NCBI RefSeq assembly: GCF_006345805.1
Contig: NC_042997.1
Location: forward strand, 184,884,001 to 184,948,000
Direction: 5' to 3'
Source of the DNA: Octopus sinensis
Lineage: Eukaryota
DNA: 64,000 nt
The notes beneath the pieces are model-generated. The model made no database searches. It saw only the letters and a list, made by a program, of their open reading frames with translations, and had not been told where the DNA came from. Of this stretch, positions 49,540-62,239 are shown piece by piece. The position numbers and the translations under genes are program-made. Every line of letters begins with the position of its first letter. Position 1 is the first letter of the stretch.

Positions 49540-51716
49540 GTATACATATGCACGCACGAAATGAAATGAAATGAAAGGGCCTGCTGATATTTCCATCCAC
49601 TCGTTTCGTTGATGGTAAAAGATGTCACTCCCATCTATCGTTTGGAGAATAGGATTAAGGGGATTTATTATGGTAATAACTAAACAGTAGCCGTTTCTGA
49701 AGAATCATTTATCGGTACGAAATAACCAGCCTATCGCAGCTGGATAGACTGTAGAATGCTTGAATCTAATCCAGCTTTAGAACATGTTAAGCTCAATCAT
49801 TCATGCTATATACATCACGTTTCTATATATTATGGATTTCAATTTAGCATGGCTATCTCTGTCTTGATTCTGCTCCTAATATGAAATGATCGTTAACAAA
49901 ACCTTATATGTAAATGAACCGACTGGCTGACGACAATTTAAGTTTCCCGTACTATAAACTCTGATAACTGCTATTCAGATCTCACGTAAAGTAAATACAA
50001 TCTTCCAGTGTTGACTGTTATTTATTACTTGGAATATAGCAATACAGCTTCTCTCCTAGATAAACAGCCAAATATGTAGTGCGTACACAATTACACACAG
50101 CACATGGCATATACATACACATCCATTCACACGTACTGGCAAAGCTCCTCGGAGAATTAAAGAAAAGGTACTAGTATGAACATACGCTCATAAAACAGTA
50201 TGCGCACACGTGTATGTACACACACACATACAGACGCACACACACACACAGACACACATACACTCATACATGCTCACATACATATTTATACGAGATCATA
50301 TCTGAGCGATTTTTGATCTCATTATCTTTGTTGTAACTAAACTCCTTGTAACGATGTGAAAAGCAAATTTACAATAAACTCATTAGAAGGAAGGCGGACG
50401 ATAAGTTGAAGGGCGAAAACTTTACCAGTGGTACCCGCTTACGGCTTGAGTTCAATTCTAACTAGATTCGATATTTTTATTTCTTTCTTCTGAGCTCACG
50501 AAAATAAGTAACTGTCACTGGTCGATTACATCGACTAAATAACTCCCCAAAATGTGTGGGTCTGTTGTAAGGTTCCAAGAAATATATAAAAACGTAAGCG
50601 CATTATACATGCACACATACACACACGCGCACATACATACATACAAACATACATACATACATGCATACATAAAAGTTCCAAATGTGAATCTGTCTGGTTA
50701 ACTACATCCGAAAGATATACACCCTCCAACAAACATACATACATACATACATGCACGCATGTATGCATACATACATATATGCATATTGCAGAAAACTGTT
50801 ACTCAGGTTTAAAGCTTAATCATTTACGCCTAATCAGAAAACAGGATTTAGGATTTGGCATTTTCTGCATTATAATTCTCTCTCACAAAATGAAAGCAAA
50901 ATCATTATTTATGAGGAATTTTTATTAAACAAACGAAAGCAAAGCAATACGGCAACCAAAGCTGTGAGAACTTCTGAAGTTTTAATAAAGTTTTCAATAA
51001 TAAAAGTACGAGAATTTAGATTACTGTTTCATATGGTAAACTGACAAGATTTTTGCTTTCAGATAATATGATTGGATTTTCAGAGTAGCAACATTCGGAC
51101 TTTTTTAATTTTCAGGCCAGTTTACAAGAACAGTAGCTGAATTGCAGGATTTAATTTTATTTTGCATGAATTTAGACTAACAGCTAACTATGCGCTAACA
51201 AGAAAATGTGGTTTCTCCTGCTTTACGGTGGATGCATTGGCTATTTTTGCATTTAAAAATAATTTTATATTTGCCATGGCGTTACTATTCATATGATCAG
51301 ATTCTCTTCTTACTATACAGTTGATAAATTCTCAAACCTCTTTTTGTTAGCTCTTCTTACTATATACAGCTAATTTATTTCTTGATTTTTATAATAAAAT
51401 TAGTATTATATTAATATTCACTATTATACACAAAATTGTTTTCATTATGAATTTCCGCACTTTCTCTTTTGGTGCGTTCGTGTCATGCACTTTGCTTTAA
51501 TAATAAAGATTTTATCTACAGTGAAAATATAGGATCTAATATTTTTTTACAATTATAATTACTTTTCTCATTATCCTAAAAAATTACTAATTTTAAAGGA
51601 AATAAATATACAGGCAGGTTTAATTTAATTTAAATATTTTTTAGTAAAAGAATATTTATTATTTCGGTTATAGATTTGGTTTGCAAGATTCTTTATATGG
51701 GTTTGTGTGTTGAAGC

Positions 51717-52012
51717 ATATTCTGTTGTGTCTGGGGAGAGTCATTTTCTTTTTGTGCCTTATAATGTAACACACTCACCGCTAAAATTTCCACTTTTTCG
51801 CTTATTTTTATTTTCCTAAAATTTTCGTTGCGTCTTGCAACCTTTTCAATAGTCTTGCAAACTTTTCAATTGTCAAGACTATAGAAAAGGTTGCAAGATG
51901 CAACGAAAATTTTAGGAAAATAAAAATAAGAAAAAATGGAAATTTTACCGGTGAGTGTGTAACATTATAAGGCACAAAAAGAAAATGACTCTCCCCAGAC
52001 ACAACAGAATAT
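51717..52012. repeat. Long imperfect palindrome (~140-bp arms)
   Basis: ATATTCTGTTGTGTCTGGGGAGAG...AGTCTTG / CAAGACT...CTCTCCCCAGACACAACAGAATAT, 16-nt spacer. Confidence 0.9.
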
Positions 52013-52049
52013 TTATTAGTTTTATTGCATTGCCTGGAAAAAAGTGAAT

Positions 52050-53560
52050 TACAATGAAGAATGCGGGCGCATGCCTGTTAATATTCCTAAGTTATCACAC
52101 CTGGAAAAGTGCAGAACAAGATTTCCACAGTGGAATTTACCTAATTCCTCACCTCTGAAGGAAACTAAAAAGTATTTAAAAATTAAAATTCTACTGTACT
52201 TAAAATATTGCAGCCGAGAATAGCATTTATAAAATTAAAATACGTTATATAAGATAAATTTGAAATAATTTATTTTAATTATTATGAGAATCTAAAAAAT
52301 ATGCAAATGGTTTAAAACATGGTACAAAAATCATCAAAAATAAATTTAAATAGTTTTTTTTAAAATCATGTCTTTTGAAATATACAATTAAAATAGTTAT
52401 TTCATTTAGTTGTATCAAGTACAAACAATAAAATCTGAATTTGTAAATGATATTTTACTCTTTTACTCTTTTACTTGTTTCAGTCATTTGACTGTGGTTA
52501 TTCTGGAGCACCGAATTTAGTCGAGCAAATCGACCCCAGGACTTATTCTTTTTCAGCCTAGTACTTATTTTATCGTCCTCTTAGCCGAACCGCTAAGTCG
52601 CGGGGACGTAAACACACCAGCATCAGTTGTCAAGCGAAGTTGGGAGGGGGGGGGGAAACACACACACACAAACATACACACACACACACATATACATATA
52701 TATATATATGCATATATAGGACGGGCTTCTTTCAGTTTTCGTCTACCAAATCCACTCACAAGGCTTTAGTTGGCCCGAGGCAATAGTAGAAGACACCTGG
52801 CCAAGGTGCCACGCAGTGGGACTGAACCCGGAACCAAGTGGTTCGTGAGCAACCTACTTACCACACAGCCACTCCTATGCCTATATTGCACATTTTTCTC
52901 ACTTGAATTGAAATCCCAATACAAAAAAGAACAACATTGATTGCAGTAGATTAGCCATTAAATGGTTTCAAATCAAACATATGTTTAGTCAATTCATTTC
53001 CTTTAAGAGAATTTGATCTGACAAATAAAACATAAGTAAAATTTATTAGTTTGTGCCAAAGTGTAGAATTAGCCTAATTCGTCTTTGGCTAATTCGTTAC
53101 TTCACCTAATTCTTCCCTTTCAATTTTCTCCTAGTGATGACTAATTAGGCGAATTCTACTGTATTTTTATAAATTAATTTTATTTCATTTCATTTTTAAA
53201 ATACTGCTTTTCCAAAAATAAGCCCAAGGACTTAAATACAGACACACAAAATTCTGCTTAAGTAATTAGTTTTCTGAAAAGGATAAAAATTACTGGGGCT
53301 ATTCATGTAAAGAACTTCTGAATATAAGCCCATAGTAATGATTTTATATTTTTTGTTTTATTAAAATATAGTAATTTTTAAAATGTGGTTCTCGGCTGCA
53401 ATATTTTAAGTACAGTAGAATTTCAATTTTAAGTACTTTTTAGTTTCGTTTGGAGGGAACGAATTAGGCAAATTCTATAGTAGAAATCTTCTGTACATTC
53501 CCAGGTGTAATAATTTAAGACTATTAACATGCATGCGCCTGCATTTTTCATTGCATTGTA
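52050..53560. mobile_element. Older foldback or long-TIR element (~185-bp diverged inverted arms)
   Basis: 52050-52235 aligns to the reverse complement of 53373-53560 (for example the shared block TTCTACTGTACTTAAAATATTGCAGCCGAGAA); a SINE is inserted inside. Confidence 0.7.
52453..52882 (-). mobile_element. SINE family A nested in the long-TIR element
   Basis: Homology. Confidence 0.9.
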
Positions 53561-53567
53561 TATATAT

Positions 53568-53772
53568 ATATGATTGACCGCTAAATCCACAAGGTTTTTT
53601 GTTATTCTCTCTCCATTTTCATTGTCTCTGTTTACTTCCTTGTGTTCCTTTCTGTTGAAGAGCATAGACTTGAATCATAAAAGACTTTCTCACCTTCCCG
53701 AGCGTCAAATTAATACACCTGCTTATTGTTTATACACCTCTCTTCGTCTTTTGTTTTTCTATAAATTTCAGC
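53568..53772 (+). mobile_element. Short interspersed repeat with degenerate hammerhead-like motif (53647-53684)
   Basis: CCTTT-CTGTTGA-A-GAGC atag ACTT-GAATC-ATA-AAAGA; homologous to 22417-22633. Confidence 0.55.
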
Positions 53773-53973
<201 letters not shown>

Positions 53974-54088
53974 AGCAGAAGTAACAGAGTGGCTCAGGGT
54001 CGAACAGTTACATTGTTACTTGCACTAAATATTAATAATGTACATATACACCAATTTTGAGTCCTATTGTTCCCGTTTGTATCAACAT

Positions 54089-54128
<40 letters not shown>

Positions 54129-54365
54129 GTATATATATACATACATACATACATACATACATACATACATACATACATACATACACACACATATTTACAT
54201 ACACACATGCATAAATATATAAAGCAATATAATACTTAAATTACACGGAGAATAAACAGTAATTAGAACTCCAAGAATATTCCTGTTCCTGTTATTTTAC
54301 TTGTGTATCTTTTGGCATGAATCCGGAATTTGGGCATGTCACAGATTAAATGTAGAAAATTTCTC

Positions 54366-54421
<56 letters not shown>

Positions 54422-54876
54422 TGTGTGTATATATATATATATATGTGTATGTGTATACACACACATATATATGTATGTGTATGTGTATTTCACGGTCATG
54501 TGAAGTTGTCACCAACGATTCATGTCCGACCTCATGCCTAGTTATAAAAGGCATAGTCACTTAGGAGATATATTAACTGTGACCATAAACTTATAGCTAA
54601 TATAATTAGGATCTGGACATCGTTAGTTCTGTTCCAGGGCCGGATGGTTAGGGATTTGCTTCCTTGTGCAATGGCGCTTCATTTGACATTACTTCAGTCT
54701 GCCTAGCTCTAAATGCTTACCATCCTGTTGTTGGTGCTGCTACCTTCTCTGCGGGTTTCACAACCTTGATGTTATGCTGGGTCAAATTTGGAAGGGGCGT
54801 GATGGTGACCTTGCTTGCTTCCAGCTATATAGCCACCTAAAATGCTCACAAAATCAGGCACATAGACACCACCCCC

Positions 54877-54910
<34 letters not shown>

Positions 54911-55126
54911 GCAATAATAATTCTCTAAATGAGATATAGACAGTAACTGCTCCATAACATAAGGGACTAAAGCCATCAGAATATGGCTAGGGACAGGGCA
55001 GGGTGGTGGGGGTGTTACTGTTGCCTTTATCCCCAGGCGAACATCAACGTCGCCAGATAGGCTTGACACCATCACGGCGTCCTCTATCCTGCAAAGGGAG
55101 ATAATTCCCCGATGAAGCGGAAACCA

Positions 55127-55172
55127 CACACGGACCTAGGTTTCAAGGTGTATTGCCTATCATCAACGTGTG
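55127..55172 (-). ncRNA. Minimal type I hammerhead ribozyme-like motif (inverted copy)
   Basis: Reverse complement of 55495-55540, identical over the motif. Confidence 0.65.
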
Positions 55173-55494
55173 GTAGGCCCCCGCTTCCCCGACGAACAAC
55201 TCACTCTGCAGGATATTTATATATAGATTTTCAAGCAAAATACATTTGCTGATTTCGAAAATCTGTTCGACAGCAATAATAATTCTCTAAATGAGATATA
55301 GACAGTAACTGCTCCATAACATATTCAGATGGCTTTAGTCCCTTATGTTATGGAGCAGTTACTGTCTATATCTCATTTAGAGAATTATTATTGCTGTCGA
55401 ACAGATTTTCGAAATCAGCAAATGTATTTTGCTTGAAAATCTATATATAAATATCCTGCAGAGTGAGTTGTTCGTCGGGAAAGCGGGGGCCTAC

Positions 55495-55540
55495 CACACG
55501 TTGATGATAGGCAATACACCTTGAAACCTAGGTCCGTGTG
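55495..55540 (+). ncRNA. Minimal type I hammerhead ribozyme-like motif
   Basis: Helix I CACACG/CGTGTG; core TTGATGA (C3U variant of CUGAUGA); helix II (T)AGG-caataca-CCT(T); GAAA; palindromic helix III ACCTAGGT; GUC cleavage triplet ending at C55534. Confidence 0.7.
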
Positions 55541-56584
55541 TGGTTTCCGCTTCATCGGGGAATTATCTCCCTTTGCAGGATAGAGGACGCCGTGATGGTG
55601 TCAAGCCTATCTGGCGACGTTGATGTTCGCCTGGGGCTAAATGCAACAGTAACACCCCCACCACCCTGCCCTGTCCCTAGCCATATTCAGATGGCTTTAG
55701 TCCCTTATGTTATGGAGCAGTTACTGTCTATATCTCATTTAGAGAATTATTATTGCTGTCGAACAGCAAGACCCTCTTACGCGATAAATCCAGTGGACTT
55801 ACTTCTTCAGTATTATAGGAAAAATTACAGCACAAAGTATGCAAATTATATACAGTTAGGTTTTCGTCGAAGAACAGAATCAAGGGAAACAAAGGTGTAA
55901 GAGAAGTGTGTAATTGAGGGGAGAAAGCAGGACAAGCAAGACCTCAACCTATGAATACAATAACAATAACAACTAACAACAATAACAACAATAAAGTAAA
56001 TAAAAATCAATAAAAACCACAACAGCAATAATAACTATAAAATGATAATAGTAAAAAGACTGATGAATATAAATAAAAGTCAAAATAACAGAGGAACCAC
56101 ACCCACTAGAAGAAAATGTTCAGTCAACGCTCAGTATCACAATGCAAAATAAAGAAATAACGAAATAAAGAAAAGAACAGATCAAAAGATAAAGAAAGAC
56201 TATAATGACAGATTTATGGCGTTTAAGCAGATAGAGAAAGCGTAGACAGACTCAGAGTCATGTAGCTGGAGTGATATTTTTTTTTTTTGAAACCTAGTCG
56301 AGAAAAGAATGTAAGTCTGGCGCCACGACACGGGCACGTATACTGCAAATCATACAGGCGTGTGCACAAGCACACACACACATACAAAGGCCCACATAGA
56401 AACATATCCACACACACAACAGCTACACTAAAACTTCTGTCACACGTACATAAACAACCCCGTGACAAGGCGCGAAGGTAAAATGGATTATTAGTCATGG
56501 ATTAGTACTTATTTACATCGACTCTTATGGATGAAAGGCGAAGTGAAACTCGGCGGTATTTGACCACTGACTGTTATTACCTCG

Positions 56585-57424
56585 TTCTTCTATAGAGAGT
56601 TACTAGTGTAACGACGTCCTAGGAGAAACCCTAGGCTTCTACGAAGATCAACTGGCCAACCTGTTCCAAAGAACATTCCGGCCGAGGACTATGGATAATT
56701 ACCAAAAGTCCCTGGCCTGGCAATGTTACAGAGGAGCTTTACCGGTTCGTGATAAGCTCTTTAGAAATGGGTGTGCACCTTCGCCGGTTTGTGCAAGATG
56801 CGAGCAGGACAGTGAAACTGTCTTGCATGCGATTGTGCAATGCCCCAAGGTGACTGAGCTCTGGGCTTATGTCGAAAACCTGCTGTCGCATTCGAGAAGA
56901 GTACAACTGTCGAGCGAATCTGTAATTAAGATCGTTCCGCCGCCCTCCCTGTATAGGGAGGAGCGAGCCCGTTTTCTTTCGGTAGTTGCTGTGGCGAAAG
57001 AGGTAGAATGGAAGACGAGAGTGAAAGGAATTGCAACAGGTATGTTCATCTCCAGTCTCGAGCTTATCGACTTTTTCGTTTTCCACATGAAACGGAAAAT
57101 GAGGCTGGAGAAGAAATGCCTGTTGCAAAGTGTGTTTCGTAAAAGATAGAAATCTATAGCAAGTATGTTGCGAGTGAAAGAACCTGTCTAAACGAGAACA
57201 TAACGGGGAGATAGCAAAGTCTTCAGTGTGAGTATGTGGTTTGTGGGGTCGACCGCGTCCTCCGCTACATTTTTGTAAATCACTCATTCTCATTTAATTG
57301 TATATATTTTAATTGTTTGTTTATTCATACGTTTCGTCTCATTGAAACCCTGATCCCAATATTTGTTCTGTCTGTCCTCGTATCGTCCCCTCTTTTTCTC
57401 AACCTCATGGTTAATAAAGAAATT
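56585..57424 (+). mobile_element. Tx1-clade 3' fragment (different subfamily)
   Basis: MDNYQKSLAWQCYRGALPVRDKL..CARCEQDSETVLHAIVQCP (56691-57149) aligns to 27918-28439; 3' end AATAAAGAAA. Confidence 0.85.
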
Positions 57425-57659
57425 GACTGCTAAGTCGAAGATATGCTGCTTAGCATAATGATTATAATGTTTTCTTGTATTTACCGCAGGAGTATCGGAT
57501 GAGCGGTATATAACAAAGCTAGATTACAATTTGTAGGGAGTTCACATAAAAGATGAGTACCAAAAGGGTGAGGGAACAAAGAGATAACAGTGTGTATAGC
57601 GTATGAGATACGTGAACATATCTGTAATTCAACCCCCCTGTTGTATTAGAATGAGGTCG

Positions 57660-59250
57660 ATCAAGGCATCTTTAGATCCATAATTGCTTTGACTATCAAT
57701 ATCTGTTCTCCAATCTGCAGTAGCATGCATGCTTAGAATAGGTCCATCCACCCAAACTATTTTTGCCGATGGAACATATACGAAACGGAAAAGCAGACAC
57801 TCCAGTTTGGCCAAACTGGGACAAGGATATAGTGAAACTACCTTGCTTTAAGTTATTACGGAGGTAATGTAGGTTTTCGCAACCTCTACTTCACCTTTCA
57901 GGGATAACTCACTCTCAGCCTATCTCTGAATCTGGCGTCCCTGCATGTAATCTCACGCCATTTCCTCTCTGTGGAAGTCCGGGATAAACAAGACCTCGAA
58001 CAATTTCTCTAGTCTGCGTGTTCGGATATATCTTTGCTCCAACCATCACCTCGTGTTTTTTTTGTTTTGTTTTTAGAATGGCATCGACTAATTGCCCTTC
58101 TGTGGTGTCTAATAACCTTGTTGTGTTATCATTCACATATACCGACGCACCTCTCCCGAATCCTCCAGTTTGTGAGAGATGCTCTCCAAGAGTTCTATTT
58201 CCGTAGCAATGACTCGAGAGCCAGTGCGTATAGAATAGTTGAGAGAAGACACTTATGATGAGCCCAGTATCAAACTATTCCGAGATGTTGTCGTTTACTT
58301 CGACCACAGAGCAAGAGCCACCGCACAACTGTGTTCCAACCTCTGAAAACGGCTCCAAGACTGGCTGTAGTTCAGACTGTTGTCAAGTAACAATGGTCGA
58401 CCTATCGAAGGTTTACCACTGATCCAAATTGACCAGCCGCCACCCCACCCTAACGCAAGAGTTTTTATTCATTCCCTCATTGAGGTATCGCATGAGGTGG
58501 AGGATTTCCTATATGAATCTATAAAGGAATCAGAAATCACTGCTTCCGTGATTAAATCACCCATGATAACGACTGATGGAAATAATAGTAACCGTAACAA
58601 TATTGGTGCAAATATGAAAACCAACGATTTAAAGAAGTCTCTAAGTGGAGATCGCAATTCAACAGGAGATGGTAAAGATTACGTAAACTCTCACCGCTGT
58701 GACAAATCCCCCGTGGTGTGTTCTTGCAGCTGATAGACGAAGGGTTCAAATTCAGATGGATGCTGTAAAGTTCCGTCCGTTTGTGTAATACAAGATCATG
58801 ACATACGCAAAATATAGGATTTAAAAAGTGGTTCGATGAATCAAAGTTCTGCGCTGAGAGAATTCAAGAATAAAGAAAACAAGTGGATACGTACTGGTGG
58901 ATAGGTAGACAGATGTGCAAAAGCGGAGAAAGATACAAGTGGTAACCTGATGTACGACACAGCATAATTAACTACGTTCTGTTTGACCAACAATTCGGGA
59001 ACCTAGTAGGAGGGATATGGCCGAGGCATGCTGGCAAGAGCCGCAGATTATTCAATTCCATTATTGCTACTATTAGGACCTAATTGGTAGTGTCGCAAGG
59101 TCTGAGGTTACCCATGAGCACAAAACAATCTGACCTCAACACTTTTATCAAGTAAGCAGTTACTGCCCGGTCGTATAATTTCCAGTACATCCTTGGCGCA
59201 AAGTGTGCACGGATATCTTCCTCCCTCGTACGATTATAGTATTGACCCAC
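57660..59250 (-). pseudogene. Degraded Tx1-type RT region
   Basis: Minus-strand fragments ILHLMRYL..LVNLDQ..FDR, GAVFRGW, LLSTILYALALESLLRK, SVYVNDNT, HEVMVGAKI, LSLKGEVEVAKTYITSVI and AKLECLLFRF are colinear with ORF2 at 26690-27500. The extension to ~59250 (PRMYWKL) is weaker. Confidence 0.7.
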
Positions 59251-59610
59251 ACTACTAGTGAAGTAAAGGAATTATCTGAACGCGCGCGCGTAAAATTGGG
59301 GCTTTGGTAGATTATGTGAATGATGATGAGTGTTGTGTATACTTGTTAAAATAGGTGCAGTGTTTTAATTCTTTACAAAGTTATTCTGATTGTATACTGT
59401 TCATGCCTTCCCAAAATTTCATAAGGAATATGAACCTAAGGTGGCTGACTGGAAATCAAAACGAAGCCACAATAAGTACGACTGTTAAATAAGATGTGCT
59501 GGAGCAGAAACAAATATTTTATTAATAAAATAACATCTGCCAAAGATTTTGTCTTGGGATCGGTAATGATGTTAGATTGTGGAATGTTCTCGGCAGTTAA
59601 ACAATAAATT

Positions 59611-59662
<52 letters not shown>

Positions 59663-60133
59663 GAAGAGAGAGAGAGAGGGAGAGAGATAGAGAGGGGAGA
59701 GAGAGAGAGGGAGATAGATAGAGAGAGAGTGTGGAAGAAAGCACGAAACGTACAAAAAGAGAACATACACAAAGATACAAACCATCAGACGCTCAAATAA
59801 AAATATATTGTTAACTCCCTAGACTATCATCACCATTATGAAACATTATGTGACTGTACTGCAAAAGTACCCCCTTATGGGTTCTCAAGCTGTTTAACAG
59901 TCAACCGAAAGAACTTGGCTACAAGATGATGACAGTTTTAAAGTAAGCCTCTAGGTGTTTCATTCATATCGCCTTTTCAGAAATTGCTCACAGCAGTCTT
60001 TGACATAAAACAAAACACTATTTCAATAATATACATAATTACTTGCTTCTAGTAAACAATGACGATGATATTAATAGCCATAACACTTGAAATGTGCAAT
60101 ATGTATATGTATATGTGTATATATATATTATAT

Positions 60134-60177
<44 letters not shown>

Positions 60178-60194
60178 GCCGTACTGAATATATA

Positions 60195-61020
60195 CTGAGC
60201 AGAAACGGCACAAGTGCCAAGTCTTGTGTTCTGACACTTTGTTTTTCCACGAAGAAAAAGGAATATTGCACCGTTTCAGATTGTCTTGTAGTTTGCCTTT
60301 GAAGCGCAAGAGTGTCCTTCCAACTGACCTTCCTGATGGGAATTGACCAAAGAGAAGTTGTTTCAAGATTCTGATATCACTCATACGTGGGAGATGACCT
60401 AACCATTTAAGCTTTATTTTGATGAGAATGGCTTCAATACCTGATATGTTGCATTTTGTAAGTTCCACACTGTTATGAATATCGTCGCTCGGTTTTATGT
60501 TGGAGACAGTACGCAAGCATTGCATATGAGAAGCGTCAAGGTGATTGATGTGCTTTCGGTACAAAGTCCAAGATTCAGCACCATAAAACAATGTTGTCAA
60601 GACCACCGAAATATATACATTAACTTTCACCTTCAACGATACGTCGTGGCTGTTCCATAACCTGCAATAAAGCTTACCGAAAGCGGACCTAGCCTTCCCG
60701 ATTCAGGACTCGATTTCTTTATCCATCTTCGCATCATTGGACACAGTGGAACTAAGATAAGTGAAGGAGGAAATAATGCTTTTCATATACAGTAGGGACA
60801 TATACACATTATACAGTAGGGACAACAGCAGGAAGATGGTCACGAATGGGCTGGTGGACTAGCTCAGTTTTCTTAAAGGTGATGGTCAGACCAAAGGCTT
60901 TCGAAGCATGCGAGAAGTTGCTTAGAATCTATTGCATGTTCTCAAGAGATACATGCATACAAGAACTGGTTACCTGCACTCGTATACTGCAACTTTGAAA
61001 GACTGTTGACGGAAATCCAG
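60195..61020 (-). pseudogene. RTE-clade LINE RT C-terminal remnant
   Basis: ASKAFGLTITFKKT, FTYLSSTVS, ARSAFGKL..LW..HDVSLKVKVNVYISVVLTTLFYGAESWTLY, LKWLGHLPRMSD.RILKQLLFG; contains stops. Confidence 0.85.
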
Positions 61021-61080
61021 GTACCTTAATTGTAAACCTAATGCCTATATATGTCGAAGAGTTATATATAAGATATATAT

Positions 61081-61235
61081 ACAAAACTTAGAGGATTGAC
61101 CACTAAAAGTGGACAGCTTGTATGCTAGATGTAGACGTCAAAATCGCCATTCTCCGTGGAAAATGGCGATTTTGACGTCTATATCTAGCATACAGGCTGT
61201 CCACTTTTATTGGTCAATCCTCTAAATTTTGTATG
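61081..61235. repeat. Near-perfect palindrome (~71-bp arms)
   Basis: ACAAAACTTAGAGGATTGACC...AAAATCGCCATT / AATGGCGATTTT...GGTCAATCCTCTAAATTTTGT; 4 mismatches. Confidence 0.9.
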
Positions 61236-61863
61236 TAAAAAATTTTTTAATCTTCTTTAAGCTAGGCCACTGGTTTTAATTGATTAATATCAATTTCTAC
61301 CTTTATTTAATTATATATATATATATATTAAAGGAATTCCAACTTTGATTTTCCCGTTTTATTTACAATCTTATAATAATATGATATAAAATAATATAAT
61401 GAAATGATTGAATATTGAATGATCATTTTTATTGAACTAGTACTTTCATGCATTAAACTATGCAGTCTTCAGATCCATATAGTAATAGTGATAGTTATGT
61501 TCTACAATTTACAACTCTGTGTGTGTGTGTGTTTGTGTATTCCTTTATGACTCCAATGCCATGTACCTTGAGAACACATGTTTCTGTTAATAACAAAGAA
61601 GCAAATATGAAGGTGGTTCTTGTGTGTTTGGTTGTTGGTGCTGCTCATTTTCGATTGTGACAAATGTCAACTGGAATTTCTTGTTGGATGACAATTTCTG
61701 AGCCACATTGTTGAAACTTCCAGGTTTCAGCCTAGGGCAGCTCACTTGTCTTTATTTCATTCATCCAAACAAAACACTGTTGTGATGTGATCTGGGTGAC
61801 TGCGAGTTTTAAACATGGGGATGTAGGAAAATGTACGCTTGCTTTTATATGTGCATTATATTT

Positions 61864-62239
61864 GCAATGGCCCAGTGGTTAGGGCAGCGGACTCGCGGTC
61901 GTAGGATCGCGGTTTCGATTCCCAGACCGGGCGTTGTGAGTGTTTATTGAGCGAAAACACCTAAAAGCTCCACGAGGCTCCGGCAGGGATGGTGGTGATC
62001 CCTGCTGTACTCTTTCACCACAACTTTCTCTCACTCTTACTTCCTGTTTCTGTTGTACCTGTATTTCAAAGGGCCGGCCTTGTCACTCTCTGTGTCACGC
62101 TGAATATCCCCGAGAACTACGTTAAGGGTACACGTTTCTGTGGAGTGCTCAGCCGCTTACACGTTAATTTCACGAGCAGGCTGTTCCGTTGATTCGGATC
62201 AACCGGAACCCTCGTCGTCGTAACCGACGGAGTGCTTCC
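61864..62239 (+). mobile_element. SINE family B variant
   Basis: tRNA-like head; 3' body matches 17590-17765. Confidence 0.9.

Larger units (their letters stand above)
54911..55766. mobile_element. Penelope-pLTR/retrozyme-like element: 362-bp unit in partial tandem plus inverted arrangement
   Basis: 412-bp inverted arms (54911-55322 and 55345-55756) with a 22-bp spacer; each arm is more than one unit (362-bp period, e.g. 55321 vs 55683); each arm carries a hammerhead fold; no RT or GIY-YIG ORF seen. Confidence 0.7.

Noticed and set aside
54854-55900. ORFs MWFPLHRGIISL… on both strands
   Set aside because: Mirror-image translations of the inverted repeat; short, with no recognisable domain.
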